64,000 nucleotides of DNA from Zygnema circumcarinatum SAG 698-1b. Its lineage: Eukaryota; Plantae; Zygnematophyceae. A program made the position numbers and the translations under genes. Positions 35,701 through 48,733 of the stretch are shown in pieces. Location of the stretch: NCBI GenBank assembly GCA_037447605.1, contig CM074815.1:2418001-2482000 (forward strand), read 5' to 3'. The notes beneath the pieces are model-generated. The model searched no databases and had not been told where the DNA came from. It saw only the letters and a program-made list of their open reading frames with translations. Each line of letters opens with the position of its first letter. The first letter of the stretch is position 1.

Positions 35701-37988
35701 CTAGAGATCAAGATCGAAGGCGTAAGAGCAGCTGAGCCAACCCTTCTCCACAGTGAAGTTTTTGAAGCGGATGTCCGGCGGCAGGTCCATGATCTTAAAC
35801 CACTTCTCGCGGTGTTCACCGACTTGATGCTTTGGAGTGGTGGAGTCCGCGTGGGGCCACCGCGCCTCCATCACCTTCAGCCTTTCGTATCCATCGATGA
35901 TTTCAATCTTGAATTGCAGGGCCATCCTTGCCGGCTCCTTGTGTCCCTCGCTTTGCTTCAACTCGTTGTCAATAATCTCCTCATACAAGGCAAGTCCGTC
36001 GACGAATGTCACTCGAAAAAGCGGAAGCGGCAATAGAGGAGGTTGCGTGGAATCGGGCTGACAGGCTTCGCCGAGTTTTACGTTCCGGCCATTCATGTGA
36101 TTCCAGCATTCGTGCAGCGTTTCTCTCAGTAACTTGTTGCAATTCTCGGCGATGCTGCAAGCACCCGGAGACAGACTAAGTAGTGTGGAGATCACGACCG
36201 AGGTATTAGTCACTCGCGCAAGGTCGCCAAGGCACTTTGACAGGTAAAAACCCTAAAAACCAAGCACGTCTGCATGACGCAAGTGGACGCATCAAGTAAA
36301 CCTGGAAGGTCACCTTGAGGTCGCGCCTGACTCCCTAACGCGAATTGACATCTTCATTGGCACCCGCTTTGTCAAGAGCTTTCCCCTGGCATCCCAGAAA
36401 AACAAAAACTTGATTTGTTGGGAAAGAGAAATGCCCAGCCATGCCCTTGCTCCTGAAGGAGCGCAATTCAGCCGGGTCGCCAGAAAGCTCACGCACTCAC
36501 CCATTGCGAGCGCTGCTGAGATTAAAGTCAATGCGGCCTGCCTCGGGCAGTGTCTGAGCCTCCGCTTCTGCCACCAAGCAGTTCTGCAGAATTTTTCATT
36601 GGAGGACGAGAGAGTGAGAGACTTGAAAAAGAACACGTAGCTGGATTTAAACCAGAACACGCTCCTGTCTCCCTCCCCCTTCCCCCACCCCCTCTCTCCC
36701 CTTGGTCCACTCGGTCGTCTCTCTATTTCCTCACTAAGCAGTGTGGTTAATTTTCACATTCGTGAATTAGTTTGCAAAATACTACAAAAATTGTTTGCAG
36801 AACCTCACAAATCAGCAGGTTGAACTCTTCTTTGTAATTGCAGCGAAAGGCACCTCATAGGAAAATCTTTGCATGTATATGCGGAAGCCTGTCGTTCGTC
36901 CTGATAGCAACTGCAGACTGCTTCCACCAATAGCCACGTGGAGCTTGCCACAGAAGTCCATCTGTCACGCCATGAGCCAGTAATAGGTTAAAATGCGCAG
37001 CACGCATCCCAGTCTCTCGTCAGCATTGCCTCATCTTAGAATTCTAATACCTATTTTTCAAGAGAATACAACAAAAGCAACAATCCAGGAACACGGTACC
37101 ATTTGCTCCATAAATCACGCTTCTACGAGGGCGGCGTTATACCTTTCGCCGAACAAACATCTTGAGCAGATTCGAAACCACTCCTCCAACAATTCCACTT
37201 CGCGGTGCCCCCTCTGATGGTTTCTCAAAGAGGTATTCTGTTCCAGGTGACGAAATTTCGTCCATCAACCCACTGCCTTTGCCGTAATAAATCGGCGAAT
37301 TCAGGTAAAATGGACTCATGACAGCCATGGACGAGCCCGGCGAAGGCACCCATGAAGGAGTGCTCAGCTTCGCGCTTCGTGGAGCAACGTCTCTGAATGC
37401 GGCAGGTGGACTCGAGCACTCGCTTGGGCACCCACTAGACCCATGAGCCTCGGTCCATTCTGCAGGCTGGTCGACACGTGGCAAGCTTGGAGACGGTGAG
37501 TTGGCAGGTGTTCTGCTCTTCTGCTTGACCCGTGCTTCTACCAAAGGGCTTTGCATTGCAATTCCTGCAAGCCGAATCGCCTCGACTTGTGTTGGAGTAT
37601 TCAATGGTTGGGGAGACGGCAGCTGCACATGGTTGGGAAGTGGAGATCTGCCATTCAAGAGGCCCGACTTTGAGCTCTTCCCAGGTCGCTTTCCCGCAGA
37701 ATTGACGCCCTGAACATGATGCAGAACCGAGCCGCGTGGTGAAAACTGTGGGCGCGGCGAATTCTGTCGACCGTTGATGATGAGATGCGAGAGCGGACGA
37801 GGCCTGCGGATGGACGTTGTTGGAGCCGTCATTGTGAGAGAAAGACAAGAGTTGCATAAAAGGAGTCTGACGCCCTGCGAGGGGGTCGTCTGCCTCGCCT
37901 GACAGTCACACTTCACGAGCCCGACTCTACTTCTTAACGGATGTGAAGGAGCGACCACGACTATCCGTCCAGAGGGGCTCTCCTGCAT
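35701..37988 (-). CDS. DUF2993/LmeA-like protein, paralog 3, with a long Ser/Pro/Arg-rich N-terminus. Exons ~37988(or 37832)-37143, 36961-36854, 36583-36501, 36385-36314, 36154-35701
   Basis: Internal exon sizes 108/83/72 nt identical to paralog 2; IVGGVVSNLLKMFVRRK|MDFCGKLHVAIGGSSLQLLSG...DIRFKNFTVEKGWLSCSYAFDLDL. Confidence 0.78.
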
Positions 37989-38989
37989 GACTTATAGTTT
38001 TCGGCTGCATTTGCCTCCCTTTCTCTGCTGAATCAGAGCCGAAGCTCGATGGCATTCCTGCCAAGCCGGCATTCCTGCGAGCCGAGCCGCCCCCCGTCCC
38101 CTCCCTCCGCCTGCAAGCCCCGCCGCTTCCTTCATAGCGCGCGGGGGGCGGGCGGGCCCTCCGAGGCGAGGCCCCGCGTGACGCGACGCGACGCGGGGGA
38201 CGGCCGGTCCCGCTCACGTCCCGCGCGTCACCCGCCGTCACGCGCGCTGACGGAAACGGTCACCGCCTGTCCGGTCAGGACGGCCGAACCCTCCCTTTGT
38301 GCGGCGCGACGCGCCCATTCGCCGGGCGGGGTCCCGCTGAAACTGTAAGCCCACGTTGTGCCACGCGGGCAGGCCGTTGGGCCACGTTGGCAGGCCGTTG
38401 GCGCCACGTTGGCCGGCCGTTGGCGCCACGTGTGCTTTCACTGCGGTATCTGGGCAACTGGCGACGACTATAACACTGACGTGGCACTATGCCAAGCTGG
38501 CAACCCCGGCATGTACAGCTGATTGCCGAGCCTACGTGGCGGCAGGCTCGGTACGCGCCCCCCCCCCCCAGCTGCATGCGCTACCTGGATGAAATGGACG
38601 AACGGACGGATGGACGGACGGACGGACGGATGGACGGACGGACGGACGGACGGCACATAACATCGCCGGCTGGACGACAAAACCGACAACGCTGACAAAT
38701 CGATCGAACCTTTGTCCTCGCCGATGCATCAACTTGCTTCAACTTGCTTCAACCACACTCTTTATCAACGCAAACGGAAGGACATGGCGGCGGGGGGAGG
38801 TGCTACAGGCAGTGTGTGATAGCTCTGGATAGCAAAGTGAATGTCTTTCTATGAGAAACTCTGTCCTGTAACCACCAACTGATGGCTCTTCAAACTTCCT
38901 ACTAGAAACACCACAAGCCAGGCTCTAGTCTCCTATTGAAATACTCTTCAAGCTGAAGGAACCACGGGGTGAAGAGCAGGGCGATCGAA

Positions 38990-41900
38990 CTAAAGCTGCC
39001 TCCTCATCCCTGTCATCCAATACAAACGCACGTCTTCCCTCCTTTCTCTGCGCCAGGAGGGAAAGCACGAGGGCGGAAAGAGAGGTCGGGTGACATCCAC
39101 AATGCTCAAACCGGCCGCTCTTGCCTGTGCTTCAAACAGAGCTAGAGTTGACTCGTTTCTGACAGCTGTAGCAACCAATGCCACGGGACCTTCTGTAACT
39201 GAACTACCGGATCGCTCACAAGCTAAAAATGTCGGCAGATCCTTAACAAAACTTTGACTGTCGCCTTCATTTGCTGCTTCATGCGGCAGCTGCTCAGGTC
39301 GCGTCATTTCACTTCCGCCATAGCTGGTTGGTTCAGCACAGCTCTGACCTAAACACGGCTCATCAGCCAAGAAGACAGGGCCAGGTGGCACTCCATCATT
39401 GGCTGGCAGATCATCCGGGCGCTGAAGCAGTGCACTCAACACTCTCACGAGACTCGGTATGACAGACGGGTCGTAAACAACATCTGCTCCCAGAATCAGA
39501 TCTGCTTGTAGGGAGTGCAAAAAGGCATCCGAAGCCGTTTCCCAATCAAGATTCAAGCAAGCCACCTGTCACATTTTCAACGATACAATTAATTGTGTGG
39601 ACACGGACTTCTGCAAAGCCATCATAATACAAATACTCGGTACGTGTCGCCTACATAGCAAGGAGTAAGGTGCGACCAGGACAGCAACAACTGCAGACTG
39701 GAGGGCTCTACGGAGGTAGCTTTCTGCGGCAGCGACTGTTGCGAAAACTACATGGAAAGAAAGTCCAAAAAGCGAGCAACAAAGGAATGCAGAAATGCCA
39801 AGAAACCATATGCATCTGCACTGCGATGGAATCTCTCTCCTCATTCAGAGCGTTCAATCTCCATCAACTCGGCTACCAGTTTCCAGGAAACAAGACCCTA
39901 CCCGATGCTGAGCAGCCACTATTTCCAAGCGGTTGCTTGCAGCCTCTGCTCCCGCGGTGCGGTCAAGCGAGTGTCCGCCATTGGCTGCACTTGAAGTGAC
40001 AACGCCATTAATCTCCAGATTGTGAATAAGATTTTCCATCGTCTCCGGGTTGCCATCAGTCAAAATCACCTGCTACCAACAGTGTATGTGTCAGGGCGTG
40101 TAGTTCGATGCTAGACAATAGAAACCACAGAGCCAAGTTTCGTCTCTGAGATGTCTAATTTTGATTGAACCGATTGATGTTCTTAAGACAAGCAAGCACA
40201 ACAACACCTAATACCATCAGCCTGTGAAGAGTATCAGAAAAAAGAAACAAAATCTTTCTGTTGTGAAAAGTTACCTTACCAGCTGGAAGACGGCTCAGAC
40301 AAACTCCAGTGAGCCCGGATCCACTTCCAAGTTCCAAACACGACTTCCGATCAACAAGACGAGGCCAGTTCAACAAAACGGACACAAGATGAAAGCTGGC
40401 CGGCCATACGTAGCAGCTGCATGGAGCCACCGAAAGCCCAAAAAGTCTTCAATCTCAGAGTAATCCGATATCCAGCAAAGCCTCTGAAACTCTGAGATTC
40501 TCATTCAGCTTGTCCCTCAAACTAGACATGCATACATTTTTGCAACCCACAATAAAGACTGAACCAAAAACGAGCTTACCCGGTCCCACCCTGCAGCATG
40601 TTTAACGACAGCCGTAAAGTGACGAGCTCGCTCGCACTGGCTGCCACTTCCACCCCACATTCGTGCCCTCCTTCTCGCCCACCTTTTCTTACAAACCCGC
40701 AAAAGTCACAACTAGTCACAATGAGTTTCTCTGCAACTAGATTTCCCTTTGACGGCTGAGCTTCAACCTCTCGGCCGCCGAGAGCTGGACCTTTCACAGC
40801 AGCGCAAGAAGCATTGCGAGAGGGCACAGCCTCGCTCTTGGTTGAAATGGGAGAGACTTGTGAGTCTGAGTGAAAGCTTGGAAGAAAAGCTGACGGAGGT
40901 GGGTTGCAATACACATAGGTGCGGTAGCACCATAGCGGAGCATCTGACAGCTGTCCGAGTTGGCTCTGTTGGTCCCACAAGGTCCTGCAACCATGTCAGG
41001 AACAACACTACAGTTTCTCATTTCGCACATAGCACGTTCCTATTGTTTGCAGGTAGTAGACATAATTAAGCATGAGCATTTACTGCAAATTTGTACAGAT
41101 AAGAGAAATGAAGTGTATGAAATGATTTGACTAAGCAAGTTTTCTTTTACTTATCGTCAATTCTATGAAAAGAGGTAGCTTAGGCGTACAGTCGGTTGCA
41201 TTAGCAATGCAGGATAAGACTTACCATGGCTACGCAGAGTTCCTGGTAAAGCTCCTCTATGACTTCTGCATCTTCCCCTTCCTCGCAATGTCCAGCTCCC
41301 TCTGCGCCTTCCCTTCCAACGCCGACTTCATTGTGCATCCTCTTCACGTCCTCTTCAGCTGCAGCAATTACTGCTTTGAGTACGCGCACAATGTAGGCTG
41401 GGTCCGGGGGATAGTTCTTTGAGATCTGACAGCGGAACCAACATATAGTTCGCAAAAAAACAATCGCTTTATGAAAGAAAACACATGCCCGAGTGACTGA
41501 CAAAAATATAAGTAAAGGTAACTAGTTCCGAAATCAATGAATGACGACCGAAGGCCAACATAAATTGCAGGGCTCTCTCATGGAATGCTGTTTGACTGCA
41601 ACTCCAAGAGTTTTGAGGGGCGAGAGCAACGACGAGCATTTGTCAAAACGCTCCTTCAACGCATGTATTCCAATCAGATATCAATAACAGAAAAATTCTA
41701 AACGAAAATACTTGACATAGTCTCTTCAAATTGAGGTACCGGGTGATGCAGAACTTCAGAGCAAAAGGAGCGCTGCCTGCCAGGTGTCAGCAGGCCGTTG
41801 CCTACCGAATCCCTGCAATCATACAACAGCCGTTGCTGAAAAACACTTCTCCAAGCGAGAGACATGATTAGAGTTTGAGCAATGAAGTCGGCTTTTCAAA

Positions 41901-42124
41901 ATTCTCTTGCCTTGTGTTTGTGTGATCAAAAAAGTGCAAAAGCCCTTGTTCCCCTCTCTCTCTCTCTCCTATTTTGCCCTCCGCTTTTCCCAGTGAGAAC
42001 CCTAAAATGGCCGCGAGAGAACGCAGTGAGAGAGTCGGAGAGGGAGAGGGCAGCCATACCTTGCGCAGGCCACGACCAGCGTAGGCGGCGCCATTACCCA
42101 GTAAGCCTGCCGCACTCTCTCCAT
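38990..42124 (-). CDS. EEF2KMT: Protein-lysine N-methyltransferase EEF2KMT/FAM86 (Methyltransf_16), multi-exon
   Basis: MERVRQAYWVMAPP (plant FAM86-type N-terminus), NYPPDPAYIVRVLKAVI, LNMLQGGTG|CYVWPA, CLELGSGSGLTG, ILTDGN, LDW, DLILGADVVYDP, ATAVRNESTL. Confidence 0.88.
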
Positions 42125-42643
42125 CACGCTGCACAGGATGCCCCCCTCAACCCTCCTACCCACAATACGAAGAAACAGGGTAGTGCGTCTGAGAGAGCGC
42201 GAGGCACGCCTGCCTCCTCTCCTCTCCTCTCCTCAAGAAGGCAGCGGTTGGCCGCGCGAAAGGGAAAGGGAGAGGCGGCCTCGAGCGTATCGTACCGCCA
42301 CGGCCGATACCGCGGTCCAGCAGCTCAGAGGCGGGCGCTGCAACCGTCGGCCTTGATCCTCCTTGACGCGGCAGCGACAGGAGGCGGGAGGAGGAGGAAG
42401 CGGAGGAAGGCGAACAAATGGCTGCTTCTGCAGACGAGCAAGGGGTACAAATGCAGGAATGAAAGACGGAGGTGCTGCAAAAGGGTCACACAGCATAATG
42501 GAAGCAGTTAACGCTCAAAGGAATTGACTTAAAGCAGCACGCCAGGGTGCTGCACACGCATTCGGGTTCTCATGCATTCTGGTGTTCACGGGAAGGTCAA
42601 TTTTTAAGGAATTCTAAAGCTCCCTGCAAATTATTCCTTGCAC

Positions 42644-44486
42644 ATGGCTTCGCTGCGTCGCCTTGCTTCACAAAGTAAAAAGTCGTTGCAGCCTTCAGAA
42701 AAGCTCAGCAGATGCGTTAGAATCCTCGCAGCCCCTCTCTCTTTCCCTTTCCAGCCTCCATTATCTCCTGCAAGGCCTTCCAGAGGGTCCTCTACATTTA
42801 AAGCCACCAACGACACTCCTGCGGAGGAGAAGAAGACGCGGGGAATGCGATGCAGGGAGTCACTCTGCCCTGCATTCAGCTCCTACAGTACATGCCCAAT
42901 TCGCTCTTCTCCAATTCTAGTCTCAGGCTCTCACCACGATGCTTTACAAACGTCACGCCGCGAACGAAGCCATTTCTCGCCTGCTCGTCCCTCTCCGGCA
43001 CTACGAACCTCCGCTATTTGCAGCATTCGGAGGGCGTCGACCTTAGCTTCTGGCTCGACTCCTCTTTCAGAAACCGCAGCGAAGGCAAAGTCTGCAGAAT
43101 CAAACTCCTCGCCCACCAATGGCTCGTTTTCCAAGATCTTGATCGCTAATCGCGGCGAAATTGCGTGTAGAATCATCAGAACGGCGGAGAGGTTAGGGCT
43201 GAGGACGGTGGCAGTGTACAGCGAGGCCGACAGGAACGCGAGACACGTAAAGGAAGCCGACGAGGCGTACTGCATTGGAGGGGCTCCCTCGGACCAAAGC
43301 TACCTCCGAGGAGAGGCCATTCTGTCAGTCGCTGCATCCACTGGGGCGCAGGTATCATCCCTTTACATGAGTGAAATACACGTGGTGTGTAGTTGCTGTG
43401 CATGATGGCGGCTGGAGGCTGTTTTCTTGACTCCCCATTTAAACTATACTGGAAATGACAATTAGAAGCGACTCGCAAATTTTCTTTAATGAAACATTTC
43501 CCATAATTTGGAGCTCGGGTCCATCCTCTCAAAAGAATCGTGGCAGAGTTCATTTTGAAACGCTTTTTGCTGTAGATTTGAAATGTTGAAGTGCTGGAGA
43601 TCGGACGGTGATGCATTCCTCACAGTGTCGGCAGGCACCATTCAAGGTTGCAAAATGTATGTGCGGGCATGTAGTGAAGGACTCAGAAAAGCTCAGATTG
43701 TCGCAATACGAATGGAAGGTTCCAGGTTTTTCTTTTCGCCATTGCATGGCGAAAGGTTCGTATGCATGAATGTATGAATGATTGCGATGCCGCAATGGTC
43801 GAGATCAACGAAGGATATCATTATGGGAAGGTTTCTCCTCAGCATCACCTTCAGAAAGCATTTTGTGACGCTCAGACAGAAAGGCTCCGTAATCTGATGC
43901 CTTTCGACTGCAAACCCCTCTGTATGAGCCAAAAGGTTTGCTTTCCATGTTCGCAGTTCGAATTCCAGGAGAAAGCCGAAACTAAATACCTGTTACGGCT
44001 TAACTATTTGCAGGCCATCCATCCTGGATATGGATTCTTGTCAGAAAACGCTGCATTTGCAGAACTCTGTTCAGAACGAGGCGTTGAATTTATCGGCCCT
44101 CCAGCAGCAGCAATCCGCGCCATGGGCGACAAAAGGTATGCGCACACTCCCCCCCAAAAGACTCGATGGGGGGCACCACCCTTCCTTCCAGGTCAAACCG
44201 TTTGCTGGCCACTCTTCCATTCCGTAGACCGCAAGAAGCCAATAAAAAAAAAGGCAGTGTCCCTGCGTGCAGCGCCGCCAAGGCTCTGATGGCGTGTGCG
44301 GGTATCCCCGTGGTGCCGGGATCCCTCGGGTCCGACCAGAGCCCCTCCGCGCTGCTGGCAGCCGCAGAGGAGGTCGGCTTCCCCGTGCTGGTTAAGGCCA
44401 CGCAGGGGGGAGGGGGAAAGGTTGGGCCCTTCTAGGCAATTCTCTCCCTCGCTCTCCCTTACTCTCTCTCTCTCTCACACTCACTC

Positions 44487-44539
<53 letters not shown>

Positions 44540-44549
44540 NNNNNNNNNN

Positions 44550-44609
<60 letters not shown>

Positions 44610-45220
44610 CCCTCTCTCTCTCCCCTCTCTCTCTCTCTCACTCTCTTACGCTCGCTATCTCTCGTGTGCTTCCCGCCCACAGGGAATGCGCATTGTAGAA
44701 CGGAAAGAAGAGGATTTTTTGGAGAGTCTGGCGAGCGCCAAGAGGGAGGCTCGCGCTGCCTTTGGAGACGAGCGGGTCCTGGTGGAGCGCTACGTGTCCC
44801 AACCGCGCCACGTGGAAGTGCAGGTAGCCAATCTCCCACTGACACGTGGCATGCAGCGTGGGGAGGCCTGCACCAGTGCATCTAGCACTGAATCCGGGTC
44901 GTATCTATGATCGGTTTGATCACCCTCGGATTCGTGGGCCAAGAACGTTTTGATTTCCGCACTCGATCCAATAAATAACCCTTTCACTGGGATGCTTGTT
45001 ACATTATAAACAGAAAGAAATCAGCGCCGTTGCTGATAGCTCAGAAGTTTAAAATGTGCATTGTTAACAGCATTAACTGGATTGTAAGATGCCACACACG
45101 TGCATGTCTGCAATTCAGATTTTCGGAGACAAGCATGGAAACGTTGTCCATCTGTTCGAGCGGGACTGCAGTGTGCAGCGCCGACACCAGAAAATAATTG
45201 AAGAGGCCCCTGCTGTGCGT

Positions 45221-45254
<34 letters not shown>

Positions 45255-45339
45255 NNNNNNNNNNCCCCCCCCCCCCCCTCCGCCTCCCACTCTCTCCTGC
45301 TTTCCTTCTTAACTCTCTTCTCTGTTTTCTCTCTCTCTC

Positions 45340-45373
<34 letters not shown>

Positions 45374-46853
45374 CCCCGGGGGGTCTGAACAGGCGGTGGG
45401 GTACGAGAGCGCGGGCACGGTGGAGTTCCTTGTGGACGCAGCGACCGGCGACTTCTTCTTCCTGGAAATGAACACTCGCCTGCAGGTGAGGCAGACTCTT
45501 CCTCGTCTTCGTCTTCTGCAACGAAACGACTGTGCCTGCTTTATCCTTGCCTTTCCACTGACGGCGTTCCATGGTGGTAACTTCAGACGGCCTCTCTACC
45601 CTTTTTTTTGGTTGCTTTATCTCTCTCTCCCCCCTCTCCCTTCCCCTCTCCCTGTCTCTTCCTCTCTCTCTCTCTCTCTCGAAAGAACATGAGCGACTCT
45701 TGGCTTGGCAGGTGGAGCATCCAATCACGGAGCTGATAACAGGGCAAGACTTAGTCGAGTGGCAGATCTTAGTGGCGGCCGGCCGGCCCCTGCCTGCGAG
45801 GCAGAGTCAGCTTACGGCGGCGGGTGAGGAGAAAATGCTTCAGGAAAATACTAAGAGCAGCAAAATCACTGCGTTGAAAAGCTTAGGATGGTTCACCAAA
45901 AACTTGCGAAAATTACTTTCCTCTGCAGCTCGCTAGACTGTTAATCCTGCCACGTGACTCGCTGTGGTTTGTGCGAATGCAGGCCATGCATTTGAGGCGC
46001 GTGTCTATGCTGAAAACGTGCCACGTGGCTTCTTGCCGGCCGCTGGGCGGCTGCGGCGATGCCGCCCTCCTCCCTCCTCCCCTACCGGTGGGTTTGCCTC
46101 CCTCCATCGCCCTGCCTGGGGAAGGAGGCCTCTCTCCCTCCTTCCGCGAGTCGTAGAGAGTGGAAGAGACCTGCCCTGCTTTAGCTCACTTCGACACGTG
46201 TTGAAGTCGAATGAAGCAAAGCCGACACCGTCCTTTCCAGCGGACCGGGTCAGAGCGCAGGAGGGAGGAGGGAGGGAGTGCTGGAGGAGCCCCTCCTCCG
46301 TCTCTCTCACTCTCTCTCTCTCTCTATCTGAGGGGCGGGTGAGAGGGGGGGAGGGGGGGCAGTGCGTGTGGAGACGGGAGTGGGAGAGGGTGACTCTGTG
46401 AGCGTGCACTACGACCCCCTCATTGCGAAGCTCGCGGTGTGGGGACCGGACCGGGGGACGGCTCTCCTCTCTCTGCAGCGGGGGCTTGCTCACTATCAGG
46501 TAACCATATCGATATCGATATTCATTTGATAAATTTTGGGTCAAGTATGAGCATTGACATCGGTGTCACGGTCTGCATCAATGTCGGTGTTGACATGGAC
46601 ATCAGTTATTATCGATATCTTTGGTACCGCTATCACTCTTATCGCATCAGTATATCATCATCGTCAATTTTGATGTCGATTACTGTATCATCATGTCAGC
46701 ATAAGTGTCGATGTCAAGAAAGATAAACAATCAATATAGTTCTTGGTTAATAAGGATGTTATGATCGAGTGTTGATGTCAGTAACGAAGTCAACATTCGA
46801 TAATGCCGACCCTTGCAGGTACAGCACTGTAGTAGAACGCAGAGGGAGTTAGA

Positions 46854-46912
<59 letters not shown>

Positions 46913-48733
46913 GTACAGAGAGCGAGGAAGGGAGGGCAAGGACACAGAACGAGGAGGGGTACATCGGTCAGACGAATGCGTAGAGAAACGAGAAAGGTGG
47001 AAGAAAGAGTGACAAAGAAGCTATCGACATGCGTTGCCTTCTCCACTCCACTCGCCATCCTTCCCCTTTCTCTGAGCCCGCTCTTACCCTGCAATTGTGC
47101 AGATTGCCGGAGTCGTGACCAACCTCTCCTTCCTGCAGGCGCTAGCGGCACACCCAGCCTTTGTGGCGGGGGAGGTAGACACACACTTTATTCCGCGACA
47201 CAGGGAGGATTTGTTCCCTCTTGCGAGACTTTCCAAGGAGGAGGAGGAGAAGGAGGAGGCGAAAGAGGGAGAGCTCTCTCTCAGAGAGGCAGACATGGGA
47301 GCTGCGGTTGCGGCTGCAGGGCTATGCTTGCAGGACAGGTGGCGGGCAAGGAGGGGCTCTTCTGCACAGGGCCAAAACAGTGAGAGAAACTCCGAGTCAT
47401 GAAGGGACAACTTTAAAACGGGGATAAGAACGGGCCCTTGTTTTTTCCTGTTTTTTTAATTTTAATGTTTGGGTCGGCAGAGGGTCATGAAACTAAACGA
47501 GCCCTAAGTTGCTGATCCAAATTTTAGCACTATGTCGAATGTCGTTTCCACAGGCTTGTCCTCAATGTGGGCATCCGGATCGGGATTTCGAGTGAACCAC
47601 ATGCATGCCCGCCACGTGGCGTTGGCTCCGGCCAATGAAGGCGGAGACGAGTCCGTTCGCCCCATAGAAATGGCAGTTCAGTACTGCCGGAACGGCGAGT
47701 TTGAAGTGCAGGTGAACCTGCCTGCTCGCCCTTGCAGGGTTGTACGGATGGAGCGGGACCTGCTATGCAAAATGACTGTCTACATCTGTCTATGACATCT
47801 TTGCCCGACAAATCTCTTATTTTCTTTTGTTTTTTTTTTTTTTTTTTGGTTCATGTCGCGGTGGGTGCAGTCGAAGGGCCGCAAATCCGTTGTGGTTTCC
47901 GGAGTTGTGGAGAGTGAGGATGGGACAGAGCTGAGACTCACCATTGGAGACCTTTCCACAACAGCTTCTCTCGTGCAATATGCGGAGGTAAAATCAGACG
48001 CTCTGTTGTTTGGCAATGTTTCCTTGACAGTCTTTGTCAATTAGTCTCGTCATTTGGACCTGAGAGAGCCTTGCAATCATCAAATCTTGAAGAAACATGC
48101 GAACCTCGCAGTTGAATGCCTGACGTTTCATCACATATTTCTTCGTAGACCTTTTGTAGACCTCCTCTTTTGTCAAACACACATACCCTTATTCCCACAT
48201 CCCTGCATACCTATCTGCTCTGCAGGGAGAACACGAGCACGTCCATTTGTGGCTAGGAGGCTGCCACCACCACTTTTTGATTCCCTTGAAGGTGCACATT
48301 GCGGCCGATCCACGCAACGGAGGGAGCAGTTCCATGCTCGCCCCGCAAAGCCGTGTGGAGGGGGCCGTCTTCTCCCCCATGGCCGGGCGAGTAGTGAAGG
48401 TTTGCTGCACAGCCGGCAGCGCTGTGGAGGAAGGGGACCCCGTCGTGCTCTTGGAGGCCATGAAGATGGAGGTCAGTAGTGGTCGGATAATGTGGATCTG
48501 GATAGTGGATCGGGATAACCCATCTTGTTGATCTTGTTGATCTTGTTGATCTTGTTGATCTTGTTGATCTTGTTGATGTTTTTGACGCGTTGACACTTTG
48601 ACTTTTGCAGCACGCGGTGCGCGCACCCCGGGGGGGACACGTGGCGGAGCTGCGCGCGGAGGTGGGGCAGCAGGTGGCCGACGGCGCACTCCTCTTCACG
48701 CTGCAGGTGAAACCCTGCAACGGGAACGGCTAA
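42644..48733 (+). CDS. MCCA: 3-methylcrotonyl-CoA carboxylase alpha (biotin-containing) subunit with mitochondrial-type presequence; multi-exon, two assembly gaps inside
   Basis: [66 protein letters not shown]...[20 protein letters not shown], biotinylation motif EAMKME. Confidence 0.93.
44460..44645. repeat. (CT)n microsatellite with a 10-N gap; further (CT)/(GA)n tracts at ~45225-45375 (gap 45255-45264), ~45615-45680 and ~46850-46910, all in MCCA introns
   Basis: Seen directly. Confidence 0.9.
48521..48578. repeat. (ATCTTGTTG)n 9-bp tandem repeat, about 6 units, in the last MCCA intron
   Basis: Seen directly. Confidence 0.88.
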
